DNA of 64,000 bases from Eledone cirrhosa. Taxonomy: Eukaryota. Made by a program: the position numbers and the translations under genes. The DNA is taken from contig OZ024760.1 of NCBI GenBank assembly GCA_964016885.1, positions 14,260,001 through 14,324,000 of the forward strand, written 5' to 3'. Below are positions 26,916 through 40,330 of this stretch, piece by piece. The notes below the pieces were generated by a model. The model did no database searches and was not told the origin of the DNA. It saw only the letters and a list, made by a program, of their open reading frames with translations. Numbering within the stretch: position 1 is the first letter of the stretch; each line of letters starts with the position of its first letter.

Positions 26916-27540
26916 CAGTAGCCATTTCTATATTAAACATTGTATATACTCTACTATGTATTGAGTACCTTATTTACTGTAGTTACCCCCTGATTGAACC
27001 CAAGACACACACACACACACACATATATACTCTTTTACCCATTCCAGCCATGCAGCTGAGGCCATGCTGGGGCACCACCCTTGATATATATAACGATATG
27101 TTGAATATGTTCTATACTGCATACGGCTGTATTGAAGTACACACACCACCACCCCATCCTCAAAAAGCAATAAAAACAACAACAATCAAACAAACAAAAA
27201 ACAAACATTCATTTGTAATTGCAGTCTTGTTAATTGTGAAGAAAAGCTCTTTAGATTTTTTAGAAATTGAGAGGAAATTAACAGGATTTACAGCTAAAAT
27301 TTGAGTCAGGTAATTATTTCAATGGATGGCTTTTCTTCATCAGTTTGTTTGTGTGTGTAGTGAAGGTATGTGTGTGTGGTGAGGGGTATGGTGAGGGATG
27401 TGTTGAGAGGTGAGGGGTGAAGGTGTGTGATTCGGGTTAATTAACTGGATTTGCTAATGATGCGTGATTAGGATGTCGGAATGAGAATTTGAATGGTATG
27501 TGGCATGGATAGATGAAGTGATGCCAGCTATAGTTAGATG

Positions 27541-27746
27541 CCAAGATGGACTGTGGTGAGGTTGGGATAGTTAGCTTCCAAGGTGGACTGTGGTGAGGTT
27601 GGGATAGCTAGATACCAAGGTGGACTGTGGTGAGGTTGGGATATCTAGAAACCAAGGTGGACTGTGTTGAGGTTGATATAACTAGATACCAAGGTGGACT
27701 GTGGTGAGGTTGGCATAGTTAGTTTCCAAGGTAGACTGTGGTGAGA
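27541..27746 (+). repeat. 37-bp minisatellite x~5.5
   Basis: CCAAGGTGGACTGTGGTGAGGTTGGGATAGCTAGATA. Confidence 0.9.
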
Positions 27747-27876
27747 TTTTGATACTATTTATTTTGAGAACAATACCTTAATATCAGTATGAGCAGCCAG
27801 TTACAGCCGGTTTGATCAGAAAGAGGTCAGAGAATTCTGGCTGGATATGGCCAGTTTAAATGCTAAATGGTTAAAC

Positions 27877-28103
27877 CCAGTTTCTCCTTCAGTTCATCCA
27901 AGCTCTACTTTTCTCTCACATTTATATTACATCCAATTAAGCATGGCTGCTTCATTTCTCTCCAGTCTATGCATGTCTTCTGCAGTCACCACAAATGTTT
28001 CACTACCATGCAGCATCACACTTCGCACATAGGTGTCATATAGTCATCCGTTTGTACATAGGAGAGAAACCTTTTGTTGTCATCAATGGGGGTAGCTCTC
28101 TAG
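27877..28103 (-). mobile_element. RTE LINE RT C-terminal remnant
   Basis: RELPPLMTTKGF.../LYDTYVRSVMLHGSETFVVTAEDMHRLERNEAAMLNWM. Confidence 0.8.
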
Positions 28104-28159
28104 TCTTCCATCCTAAATATATATATATATCTATATACCTATCTATCTATCTATATATA

Positions 28160-28256
28160 CAGGGCATCCCAAAAATGTATACACACTGATTACATGTACA
28201 GGCCACATATATTAGAATGCTGTTGAAGTATGTATACATTTTTGGGAGACACCCTG
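28160..28256. mobile_element. Tc1/mariner-type mini-MITE (97 bp)
   Basis: TA|CAGGGCATCCCAAAAATGTATACA ... TGTATACATTTTTGGGAGACACCCTG|TA. Confidence 0.8.
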
Positions 28257-28334
28257 TATATATATATATATATATATATGTGTATATATGTGTGTATATA
28301 TATACATATATATATATATGTGTATATATGTGTG

Positions 28335-28402
<68 letters not shown>

Positions 28403-28505
28403 TGGCAAATAGATAGAAATTTACCTAATTTTACTTCAATGCCCTGACTGCATAATATATGTGTTTATACATATATGTGTGTGTTTGTGTGTGTGTTTGT
28501 GTGTG

Positions 28506-28556
<51 letters not shown>

Positions 28557-28597
28557 GAGTATATATATATATATATAGATATATATATACTCGTGCG

Positions 28598-28634
<37 letters not shown>

Positions 28635-29375
28635 AATCAGAGGTGATTCTTATTATGTAGTTAAGCCAAAGCATGAAATTTAAAGTAAAAAATCAAAGCA
28701 TGCATGTAACCTTACTTCCATCTTTGGGTTTCACAATCTCACCCTCTCACCCCCGCCTCTCTCTCTCTCTCTCACCCTCCTTTGTCTCTCTCCCATAAAT
28801 CCGAAAGCTTTATATTAACATTGCTATTGTTATCTACATTCATTTACATATCTTAGGCATGCAATTGCATGTCTTACAAATATGCAGTGATTACATTTAT
28901 GTTGAAATACACACATACACAATCACACACACACACATAATCAGACACATACACATAATCATACACACACACACACACACATAATCATACACACACACGA
29001 GACACATACACATAATCATATACATACACACACAGAAACACAATCACATACACACACACACACAGAAACACATAATCACACACACAGACAGAAATACATA
29101 ATCACATACACACACACATATATATATATATTTATGTAGAGCACGGAGCGTATATGATGATGATGATGAATATCACATACACACACAGACTCAGAAACAC
29201 ACATATAATCACATACACACACACACACATATATATTTATGTAGAGCACGGAGCTTATGTGCATAAACACACATGTACCGTGTCGTATTTTGACAGTATT
29301 GTATAAGCTCAATATACGAGAACAGAGCCGTTATATGTAAAAGAAATCAAAGAACGCTTACATACTCAAACAGTT

Positions 29376-29435
29376 TTTATTTGCTGACAATGTTTCATCC
29401 ATACCGTTGGGCTGGAATCATCAGAGCTTAATAAA
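29376..29435 (-). ncRNA. Candidate hammerhead ribozyme (type I)
   Basis: Minus: tttattaagct-CTGATGA-ttcca gcccaacggta tggat-GAAA-catt-GTC-agcaaataaa; stem I gct/agc plus tttatt/aataaa. Confidence 0.55.
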
Positions 29436-29443
29436 CAAAAACA

Positions 29444-29791
29444 TCATCATCATCAGGTCGAGCTTGCTCGGCTTTCTACGACACGTTTCCTCCATCCATC
29501 TCTGTCTCTCATAGTGTTTGCCAGTTCTTCCGCAGTGCATCCAGTATCGTCCTCAAGTTGCTTGACGTATGTCTTCTTGGGACGACCAGCGTTTCTTGCT
29601 CCATGAGATGGACACCATAACAATACATCACCCGCTATTTCTCCCTTGCTGCGCCAACAGTGGCCAGCAAATCTGAGTCTCTGTCTACGTATTGACCTGC
29701 TGATAGGTGGTATATTCCCTTAGAGATCCTTATTTGTTGGGTGTTCCCTCCAAGATACGTTGAAAGCAGCACGGAGCATACGTGTGTATGC
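29444..29791 (-). mobile_element. 5'-truncated RTE LINE with 9-bp TSD
   Basis: AYTRMLRAAFNVSWREHPTNKDL*GNIPPISRSIRRQRLRFAGHCWRSKGEIAGDVLLWCPSHGARNAGRPKKTYVKQLEDDTG...MRDRDGWRKRV; (TGA)n tail; ACAAAAACA at 29435-29443 and 29792-29800. Confidence 0.92.
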
Positions 29792-30066
29792 ACAAAAACA
29801 CAGTACTGAGTATAAGCTCTACCATATATATATAATCATCTCGATATTTTTGTATGTTCAGCATAAACCAGTTGATGATAATGTCAGCCAGAATAAGAAA
29901 GCATTAGAGAATAACTAGAATATATATACACACACACACATACACACATCATCATCATCGTTTAACGTCTATCTTCCACGCTTGCATGGGTTAGACGGCA
30001 ATAGTCCCACTTGAGGCAAGATTGATCGGGTGACCGTGTCTTGCTCGTATATACACACATATATAT

Positions 30067-30097
<31 letters not shown>

Positions 30098-30346
30098 CAG
30101 ACATACATACAGACATACATACAGACATACAGACATACATACACACATACATACACACATATATACATACACACGTATACATACATTCATACTGACAAAC
30201 ATACATTTATATACGTACATATATACATACATATATACAAACATACATATACATACCATCATGATAATTGTGAATAATTATTATCATCAAATCAACTTTG
30301 CCATGTTTGCATGGATTGACAGGTCCTTTTCAGTACAGCGTGTGGG

Positions 30347-30377
<31 letters not shown>

Positions 30378-30869
30378 GAGAGAGAGATGCACAAACAAAC
30401 ATATAATACACCACCACCACTACCACTACCATCACCACCACCACCTCTTATCTTCTGTAACTCCAAAAATCAACAGAAAGGCTACCACAATATATACACA
30501 CACATACATGTCTGTATACATATATATATACACACATACATGTGTGTTACACACACAATAAAATAGAAAAATATATATAGAATAGGAATTGCCATATTTA
30601 CAATGTCTAGGAAAGTTACACTAAATCATGTTATACTGCTTTGACATTTAAATATGAGTACATACATGTGTGTATATATATGTGTGCATATATATATATA
30701 TATATATGTATATGTACTTATATGCGTAAACGAAGATGATGATGATGATATATATATATATGTATTTGCATATATACTTCTGGTTTTATAATTTCACAAA
30801 GTTATATATATGTATGTATGTATGTATATATATATGTATATGTGTGTATGCCTGTATATGTGTATGTAT

Positions 30870-31202
30870 AATATCAAAATCTCATAGATTTGATATTATG
30901 TGAGATAATTATGTGAGGAAAATCCTTTACCATGAAAATACAATAATAAATATAGAGTAATGTAAATGTTATGTGAGATATTTATGTGAGGAAAATCCTT
31001 TACCATGAAAATACAATAATAAATATAGAGTAATGTAAATGTTATGTGAGATATTTATGTGAGGTAAAACCTTTACCATGAAAATACAATAGTAAATATA
31101 GAGTACTGTAAATGGTAAAGGGTTAATTCTTGAATGTTTTCAAAATTAATTGGAAATCTTAGGCAGTGACTTTCATTTGAAATACGGTAACGAAAGGGTT
31201 AA
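30870..31202 (-). mobile_element. MITE B (internally triplicated) abutting a MITE G end at TTAA
   Basis: Three ATGTGAG...CTTTACCATGAAAATACAATA modules; AAAGGGTTAA at 31126 and 31202. Confidence 0.75.
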
Positions 31203-31291
31203 GGTTGTTGAAAAATACACAAACTCCAGAGATCCACTCTTCTATATGACTTAGATGTCTGAATTAGTAAACAACCACATGTATACATACA

Positions 31292-31338
<47 letters not shown>

Positions 31339-31339
<1 letters not shown>

Positions 31340-31428
31340 TATTTATTAAAATAACAGATTAAAGTTTAAGCAAAGAATCGCTTAAGCGATTCTTTGCTTA
31401 AACTTTAATCTGTTATTTTAATAAATAT
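31339..31428. repeat. Perfect 90-bp palindrome at the end of repeat family F
   Basis: Centre CGCTTAAGCG, 45-bp arms; continues into a sequence shared with 46580-46685(-), 39545, 40995, 59350(-). Confidence 0.9.
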
Positions 31429-31610
31429 TTGCTCTACGGTTCTTATATATTTGATATATATTTATCCTTATCGAGCCCTCTTTGGAATTTAGTCTTCAAT
31501 TTTATTATTATTACTATATATAAATATATATATATACAATACATACAAACAAACATGCTCATACATACTATCACACATACACAAATAGATGCATTCATAC
31601 AAACACACAT

Positions 31611-31665
<55 letters not shown>

Positions 31666-31857
31666 CACACAAATATTCACACATGTAAACAAACAAACAC
31701 GCACACAGTATTACCTCAATTGTTGCTGGGACTAAAATATAATCACTAACACACACATTATCACACAGAATAATACAAAGTTGTTGACCTTCAAGTTATG
31801 TTAAACTGTACATAAAATAATCAACAAGGAGGAAGGGGGAGGAGGGAGGTTGAAGCT

Positions 31858-32102
31858 ATTAGTGTTAATATTAGTGTTAAGGTTAGTGTTAGTGTTAAAA
31901 GGGTTAGTGTTAGGGCTGGAGCTAGGGTTAGAGACAGTGTTAATGTTAGGGCTAGTGTTAGTGTTAGGGTTAGTATTAATAAAAGGGTTAATGTTAGTGT
32001 TAGTGTTAGGGATAATAAAAGGGTTAGGGTTAGTGTTAGTGAAAGGGTTAATGTTAGTGGTAGGGGTAGTGTTAATAAAAGGTAGTAGGGTTAGTGTTAG
32101 TG
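31858..32102 (+). repeat. Degenerate TTAGTG/TTAGGG hexamer array
   Basis: Direct reading. Confidence 0.75.
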
Positions 32103-33034
32103 AAGGCTGCTTTACTGTGGTTCTAACAATTCCCAGATGGTTGGTCTGGAACACATAAGATATGTATCTTTAGATTTGGTTATATAATAATGGAGAAGTT
32201 TTCTCAGCCAGTTATTTTCTTCTCAAATGGAAACCACTCTGGATATCATTGAAACATTTCTGTCTTTTGTTGGTTTTTTTTTTGGGGGGGGGGGGGGGGT
32301 TTTACATAAAATATTTATTATCCTTCTGCATATAATTCCCTTTGGAACTTTGGAAAAATATAGCTGAATATGATATCAGACCAAATAAACAATGTTTCCA
32401 TTGGTCTTTCCATTGCTGATACTATCTGTAGATTGGACCAAGGAACCAATGTTTCCACTGGTCTTTCTTTCTATTACTGATACTATCTGACAGGCACAAT
32501 TCCTGGTAGAAGAAGCAATGTGAAAAAGTATTTGGACCATCAACATACGATACCAACATGTCCAGGAATTGAACCCACAACCTTATAGTCAAGAGACCAA
32601 CTCTCTAATCACTAAGCTAGAAAATTGGGTGGGGGTAGGGGGGGGGGGGGGGGCAAACAAAGAACAAAAATAACATTTTTAAAAATAAACAAATCTCAGC
32701 CTTTTACACCACTACTGTAGTAGTAGTAGTGGTGGTGGTGGTGTTTTTCATTTTTATTGTTTTTCATTTTTATTTATCGCTTTCGATGTTATAGTAGTAG
32801 TATGAATAGTAATAGTGGCTGTAGCAGTAGTAGTTGTAGTATTAACAGTGGTAATAGTAGTAGTAGTGGTAGTATTAACAGTGGTAATAGTAGTAGTAGT
32901 GGTAGTATTAACAGCAATAGTAATAGTGGCTGTGGTGGTAGTAGTAATAGTACCACCACCAGTAGTAGCAGCAGCATCAGTTATTGCTCCAGACAATTCA
33001 ACAGCAGACAAAAGCCAGACACAACACCAATAGG

Positions 33035-33235
33035 TAAAATAAAATATATAAATAAAATAAAATATAGAAATAAAATAAAATATAGAAATAAAATAAAATA
33101 TAGAAATAAAATAAAATATAGAAAATAAAATATAGAAATAAAATATAGAAATAAAATAAAATGTAGAAATAAAATAAAATATAGAAATAAAATAAAATAT
33201 AGAAATAAAATAAAATATAGAAATAAAATAAAATG
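33035..33235. repeat. AT-rich repeat built from AAAAT/ATAGA (~18-bp unit)
   Basis: AAATAAAATAAAATATAG tandem. Confidence 0.9.
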
Positions 33236-33909
33236 TCGACAATTTGCTTTTATTTTTTCTTCTTGATGTGGAAATTCTAGTCTCAGAATGGAAATGTGTT
33301 AAATGGACATCCGATGATTGGTTTCAATGAGTTTTCCAGTTATTGAACCAACGGAATGGTATATATATATATATATATGTGTCATCATCATCATCGTTTA
33401 ACATCTATCTTCCATGCTAGCATGGGTTAGATGGGAATTGTCCGACTTGAGGCAAGATTGGTCGGGTGACTGTGTCTCGCTCGTATAGGACTATCTGGCA
33501 GGTTTTCTATGGTTGGATGCCCTTCCTAACACAAACCACATTTACAGTGTGGACTGAGAACTTTTTACCATGAAATCAGCTCCCAAGGCAGCTGGGAGCT
33601 GGTTGGAGGGGGATGCATTTCTCCAAATCAACAACAATTTTTAAAAATAAATTTCAGTTTTTTTAGGGTCTTTTTTTATCCTGGTTTATTTCATAAAGAG
33701 ACAAATAAATGTAAATTTTTTTTTTTTTAAATTTATTCTTTATAAATTTTGAAATTGATATTTTTCAAGGAAAGGTGGGGCAGAATCTAATCTTGCCTAG
33801 GGTGCCAGATAGTCTGGTGCCAGCCATGCCTCTACCAGTCATGGCCTATTTGCTGAATTAACAGATATAAGTGGCTGAATATTCCACAGACATGTGTACC
33901 TTGTATTCT

Positions 33910-34299
33910 TTAACCCTTTACCATTTACATTGGTGTTAGGAAGGGCATCCAGCTGTAGGAACCCAGCCAAAATCAGTCCTGTATGAGCAAGACACGGTCA
34001 GCTGACTTGGCACTGGCCACAACAAGACAACCCGTTTAACCCATACTAGCGTGGAGATATCAACGTAAAATGGTGATGATGATGATGATGATGATGACTA
34101 CTCTATATTTACTATTGTATTTTTGTGGTAAATCTTACATAATTATCTCATATAATATCGAATCTATGAGATTTTGATATTATTTATTTTGAGAACAATA
34201 CCTTAACATCAGTATGAGTGGCTAGTTACAGCCATTTTGACCAGAATGAGGTGAGAGAATTCTGGCCAGATATGGCCAGTTTAAATGCTAATGGGTTAA
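33910..34299 (+). mobile_element. MITE B interrupted by SINE C (33932-34097)
   Basis: TTAACCCTTTACCATTTACAT | SINE C with (GAT)n tail | ACTCTATATTTACT ... GGGTTAA. Confidence 0.8.
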
Positions 34300-34350
34300 C
34301 CCATTAACATTTACATTACTCTATATATAATATTATATTTCCATCGTAAA

Positions 34351-34540
34351 AGGTGGTGGATTGGCAGTATTGGTAGAGAGTTGGACACCGTGCTTTGCAG
34401 CAAAGAGTTACGGCCCTTTATGGTCTGAGTTCAAATCCCGCCGAGGTTAACTTTGCCTTTCATCCTTACGGGGTCGATAAAAAAATAAAGTACCAGTAAT
34501 GTACTGGGTAATTGCTGGCCTTCTGCCAAAAGTAGAAACA
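34351..34540 (+). mobile_element. SINE family A with 19-bp TSD
   Basis: ATTATATTTCCATCGTAAA at 34332-34350 and 34541-34559. Confidence 0.9.
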
Positions 34541-34792
34541 ATTATATTTCCATCGTAAATTGCTGGCCTTGTGGCTAAATCAAAAACCATTATCTAATGG
34601 GGTTGACATGATTGACTTAGAAAAAAAAAAAAAATACTAAGGCAGTGCTCCAGCATGGCCCGAGTCTAAATCTACTTACAAGCAATAGGATAACAGAATA
34701 AAAGGTTGCCAGTAGCTAAGAGTGAAGAAGAGTTAACTCACTGACAAGAGGATTAACATTTAGAACAGCAAGGATATATATGTACACATACA

Positions 34793-34836
<44 letters not shown>

Positions 34837-35041
34837 TATATATATATATATACACACACATATATATATATATATATACATATTCACACACATATATATA
34901 TATATAAATGAAAAGTATAGAAATTATTGCAGCAAGAAGCCAACAGTATTCCATAATATATATAATATATATATATATATAATATATATATATATATAAT
35001 ATATATATATACATATATATAATATATATATACACACACAT

Positions 35042-35114
<73 letters not shown>

Positions 35115-36010
35115 ATACACACACATATATATACACACATATATACACACACACATATATATATACACACACACACACACATATCTATATACACACATAT
35201 CACATACATAGACACATAACATTGCACTCAGTGAAATCTATAAAGTGGTTGGCATTCAAAGAAAAACAACATAGCATAAAGTGGACATGATGACTGCTTT
35301 AATGTTGGTGCATTCGGCAAAATGCACCAAGCACACTCTGTAAAGTGGCTGTTGTCAGGAAGGGCACCCTGCTATAAAAACCATTCCACAATGGCTTCAG
35401 ACGACCCTTCAGTCTTGAGATGACAACCTCTCTAGTGTTGATGAGCTTCACGATAAACATGCCCTCAAAAGTGGCTGATGTTAGAAAAGGGGTCCAGCAG
35501 TAGAAGCCCTACTAAAAAAGGGTTGGAAAGTATTTTCATTTGGGCCATAGATATAACTTCCCTAGTGTTGGTGATCTACATGCTGTTATCATTATAACAA
35601 CACACCTGTTACACCTGTTTTATATATCTGTACGACTGAGGGTAAAACCAAAGTATTCACCAGGTGTAATTACAATGAGACTCTGTACACACAGTCTACC
35701 TGACAGTTCACTTCAGTAATTATTTATAGACATTTCGCCTAGTCCACTTTTAATTATGCAGGGGTGTTCAGGGTTGTTTCCTTACAACACGATAAACACC
35801 CAGTACACTCTGTAAAGTAGCTCAAGCAGTAAAGACCCATCCAACCCATGTCAGCATGGAACAAAGGACACAAAATGGCCAAACAGAGGGTCGGGATAAC
35901 ACATTAGTTGTGTCAATGACAGGACAACCTCTCTGGTACTCCTGTAATGATAAAAGGGACCCAGTGCCCTATGTAAAGTGGTTGGGGACTGATGGGACTC
36001 TTTAGCTATG

Positions 36011-36180
36011 TTAAACCTTTAGCATTTAAACTGGCCATATCCGGCCAGAATTCTCTCACTCCTTTCTGTTCAAACTGGCTGTAATTGGCCGCTCATACTG
36101 ATGTTAAGGTATTGTTCTCAAAATAAATAACATCAAAATCTCAAAGATTCGATATTATGTGAGATAATTGTGCAAGGTAA
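36011..36180 (-). mobile_element. MITE B, partial
   Basis: Reverse complement of the family B 3' two-thirds. Confidence 0.8.
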
Positions 36181-36183
36181 GGC

Positions 36184-37011
36184 ATGATGATAATGATGCT
36201 GATGATGGTGGTGGTGGTGGTGATGGTGGTGGTGGTGGTGGTGATGATGGTGGTGGTGATAATGATAGTGATGATGGTGATGGTGATAATGGTGATGGTG
36301 ATAATGGTGATGGTGATAATGGTGATGGTGATAATGGTGATGGTGATAATGATGGTGATGATGGTGATGGTGATAATTATGGTGATGATGGTGATAATAA
36401 TGATGATGATGATGATGATGAGGAGGTGATGATGATGATGATGGTGGTGGTGATAATGATGATGGCGGTGATGATAATAATGATGGTGGTGGTGATGATA
36501 ATGATGATGGTGGTGATGATACTAATGATAATGATGGTGATGATAATGATGATGATGGTGATGGTGGTGATAATGATGATGATGATGGTGGTGATAATAA
36601 TAATGATGGCAGTGGTGATGATGATGGTGATGATGATGGAGATGATGGTGGTGATGGTGATGGTGGTGATGATAATAATGATGATGGAGGTGATGATGGT
36701 GATGATGATGGTGGAGGTGGTGATGATGATGGTGGTGATGATGATGGTGATGATGATGGTGATGATGATGGTGATGAAGGTGGTGGTGATGATGGTGGTG
36801 ATGATGATAATGATGATGGAGGTGATGATGGTGATGATGATGGAGGTGGTGGTGATGATGATGGAGGTGGTGGTGATGATTAGGAAGAGACAGCAATAGA
36901 GATATTTATAGTTCAATTGTAGCCATTAATCACTGCTCGTGGATGATGTGGACTGTGAAAGGGTTAACGATAGAAAAACGTGAGGTTTAAGTATTAAGAT
37001 AATTACTTGTG

Positions 37012-37064
<53 letters not shown>

Positions 37065-38025
37065 GGTGGTGGTGGTGGTGGTGGTAGTAGTAGTGGTGGT
37101 GGTAGTAGTAGTATCAGTAGTAATGGTGCTGGGAGTAGTAGTAGTAGTATCAATAGTAATAGTAGTGGTGGTGGGAGTAGTAGTAGTAGTGGTGGGAGTA
37201 GTAGTGGTGGTGGTGGTGGTAGTGTTAGTGATGGTGGTAGTAGTAGTAGTAGTAGTAGTAATAGTAGTGATGGTGATAGTAGTAGTAGTAGTAGTAGTAT
37301 CAGTAGTAATGGTGCTGGTGGTGGTGGTGGTGTTAGTGATGGTTGTAGTAGTAGTAGTATCAGTAGTAATTGTGGTGGTAGTAGTAGTAGTAATAATGGT
37401 AGTGTTGCTGTTAGTAATAGTAGAAGTAGTAATAGAGGTGAGGTGGCAGTGGTGGTGGTGGAAGCAACACCACCATTATACCACTACCACACCATTACCA
37501 CCATCACATTACCACCATTACACCACCACCACCACGAGCAGCATTACACCACCACCACCACCATTACACCAGCAACATTACACCACCACCACCACCATCA
37601 TTACAGCACCACAACCAGCACCACTACACCATCACCACCAGCAGCATTACACCACCACCATCACACCACCATTACACCACCACCACCACGAGCAGCATTA
37701 CACCACCACCACCACCACCATTACACCAGCAGCATTACACCACCACCACCACCATCATTACAGCACCACAACCAGCACCACTACACCATCACCACCAGCA
37801 GCATTACACTACCACCATTACACCACCACCATAACACCACCATTACACCACCACTACCACCACCATCATTACCAGTAGCAGTATTACACCATCACCACCA
37901 GCACCACCACCACCACCACCATTACACCACCAGCACCATTACAGCATCATCACCACCGGCACCACCACCACCATAACACCACCATTACACCACCACCACC
38001 ACCATTACACCACCATCACCAGCAG
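36184..38025. repeat. Triplet low-complexity field (GAT/GGT, GTA, then CAC)
   Basis: Direct reading; strand asymmetry flips near 37460. Confidence 0.9.
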
Positions 38026-38660
38026 GCAATAAAAAGCAATGCCTATAGCCATAGACTGTGAAACTGCTGATTGGAAAAATCAAAAAAAAAGAAATGTCTC
38101 TATCATAGTTAACACATTACTATTTTATAGAAATGGCTGTGTAGACATTGAAGAATACTGTGTTATGGAAATGGTTGAATAAAAACTGAATTCTAAACTA
38201 TGAGAGGAATTTGTGGGAAAAAAATGTGGTTTTATCTTTTTATCTTGAAGTTTTTACACTGCTTTCTGTTGAAGGACCGCAGCCATGCTGGAGTACCCTC
38301 ATACTTGTTTTATCAACCTTTATCTAGATCAAATGACTAACTTGTGTATCTTTTGACAAAGAAAAACACATGTATGTACATACACATACACACACACACA
38401 CATATATATATATATACACACACACACAAAGATATGTATACACATACACACAAACATATTCATACAGCCAGTTTGAACAGAAAGAAGTAAGAGAATTCTG
38501 GCCGGATATGGCCGGTTTAAATAGTAAAGGGTTAATAGATTCTGAAGAGATTAATAAGGCAGGAATAAACATTCCTGTTATTTTAATTTAAACATTCGTT
38601 AATCAATTAAATGATTTAATTTAATTTAAATCCTGATTATTTTTATTCATTTATATATAT

Positions 38661-38882
38661 TTGTGAAGGCACGTGGCTGAGTGGTTAGAGAATTGGACCC
38701 TTAAGTGTGAGGTTGTGAGTTCGATTCCTGGACCATGTGATGCAGTATGTCCTTGGGCAAGACACTTTATTTCACGTTGCTCCTTCTACCAGGAGTTGTA
38801 ACTGATAGAAAGTATTAGCAATTGGAAAGACCAATGGAAACATCGTTTCCTCGCTCCGATTTGAGGAAAGTTGATCGACTGT
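38661..38882 (+). mobile_element. tRNA-derived CORE-like SINE, family D
   Basis: A-box TGGCTGAGTGG, B-box GTTCGATTCC, CORE-like GTCCTTGGGCAAGACACTTTA; related copies at 42753(-), 32390(-), 40850(-), 58265(-). Confidence 0.8.
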
Positions 38883-39289
38883 CTATATATGTGTGTGTTA
38901 GGTAAGTGTGTAACTACAGTTACAGGTGGTTCACTGTTCCAAGCACTCAATGCTGTTACAAGGTCCATCTTGTGCTGGGTCGTATTTCAGAGTTAAGTAC
39001 AACAGTCACTTTGATCCTACTAATTTTTATATGGGATGAGTCATAAGTAACTGGGCAGTTCAACATTTATAATATATTCCAAGTGATATTTACTAAAATT
39101 CTGGTCATATATTACTAAATTATAAACACATCAAAACAAAAGTAGTTAAAAAAATATAACCACACAGCTGATTACACACAAATAAGTGGACGTGTGAATC
39201 TTGCAATAAAAATGCATTGACTGCCTGGTTACTTATGATTCACCCTGTATATGTATGTCTCAGAAGCCACAGTCGCAGCCATGTTCAAA

Positions 39290-39495
39290 GAGAACTATGA
39301 TCTCCATGGTATTGTGAAGGTTCACAGGCAACCTGATGCAAGACCTGAGGCCAGGGAGATCCATAGTTGTCGTCAGTGTGTGAAGGAGTGCAAGTCTCTA
39401 GCAGGCTTGAAAAGCCATATCCCAGCTTTACACATCTGAATCTGACAAGCGATTGCAATACTCTTAGCAGAGTTTGCAGCCATCATATACATACA
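39290..39495 (+). mobile_element. RTE/BovB-type LINE 3' end
   Basis: CRQCVKECKSLAGLKSH finger; ACTC-TTAGCA-GAGT hairpin; GCAGCCATCA(TACA)n tail. Confidence 0.7.
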
Positions 39496-39500
39496 TGCAT

Positions 39501-39552
<52 letters not shown>

Positions 39553-40002
39553 AAAATAACAGATTAAAGTTTAAGCAAAGAATCGTTGCTTTCACCCTTA
39601 ACGGGATCTTCACATTTATTACTATATATATATATATCCGATATTAATTTAACAATGAAAATAATAACAACAATGTCAAGTTATTTTACCTATTCATGTC
39701 ATTGTTTTACAATCGTTTCAGAGGGTTGATCATATTGACTGATCTATAGCAGTTATATAACTGTATACTATTAGACTTCATATATATATATATATATATA
39801 TATATGATATGCATATCTGTCTTCAAGAAACCACTGGTAAATGAATTAATTATCTTATGTTGTTCATTACATAACTAAACAGCTCTGTAGCCTACATAGA
39901 ACACACTCTTTCCTTTACCTTTCCTACGGAAATATTTCATTTATATATATATATATATATATGGAGGAAGTTATAGTTCACTTGAAGCATTGTGTAATGA
40001 GG

Positions 40003-40330
40003 TATAAACGTTTGAATTTGTAAAGCCAGACAATGCAGGTATGGACATAGAATAAAAATGCAAATGCGAAAGATATTGTTGACAATTAGTCTTTTACCTT
40101 AGATTTATTTAAATGTCCTTAATTTTCGAGATAATATGACTTGGCAAGCTATTTAGAACACTGGTTTAACCGCTTTACTTCCCTCCGAAGAAGAGATATT
40201 ATCTCAAAAATTAAGGACATTTAAATAAATCTAAGGTAAAAGACTAATTGTCAACAATATCTTTTGTATTTGCATTTATATTCTATGTCCATACCTGCAT
40301 TGTTTGGCTTTACAAATTCAAACGTTTATA
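40003..40330. repeat. 135-bp inverted repeat overlapping a hammerhead-like motif
   Basis: 40003-40137 vs 40196-40330 with few mismatches; cct-CCGAAGA-a-gaga tatta tctc-(G)AAA-at-TA-agg at 40182-40216, the G of GAAA preserved in the left arm. Confidence 0.85.

Noticed and set aside
36168-37976. Poly-His/Val/Thr ORFs
   Set aside because: Low-complexity triplet arrays
38668-38735. Possible tRNA gene
   Set aside because: Has A/B boxes but runs into a multi-copy SINE body; treated as a SINE head
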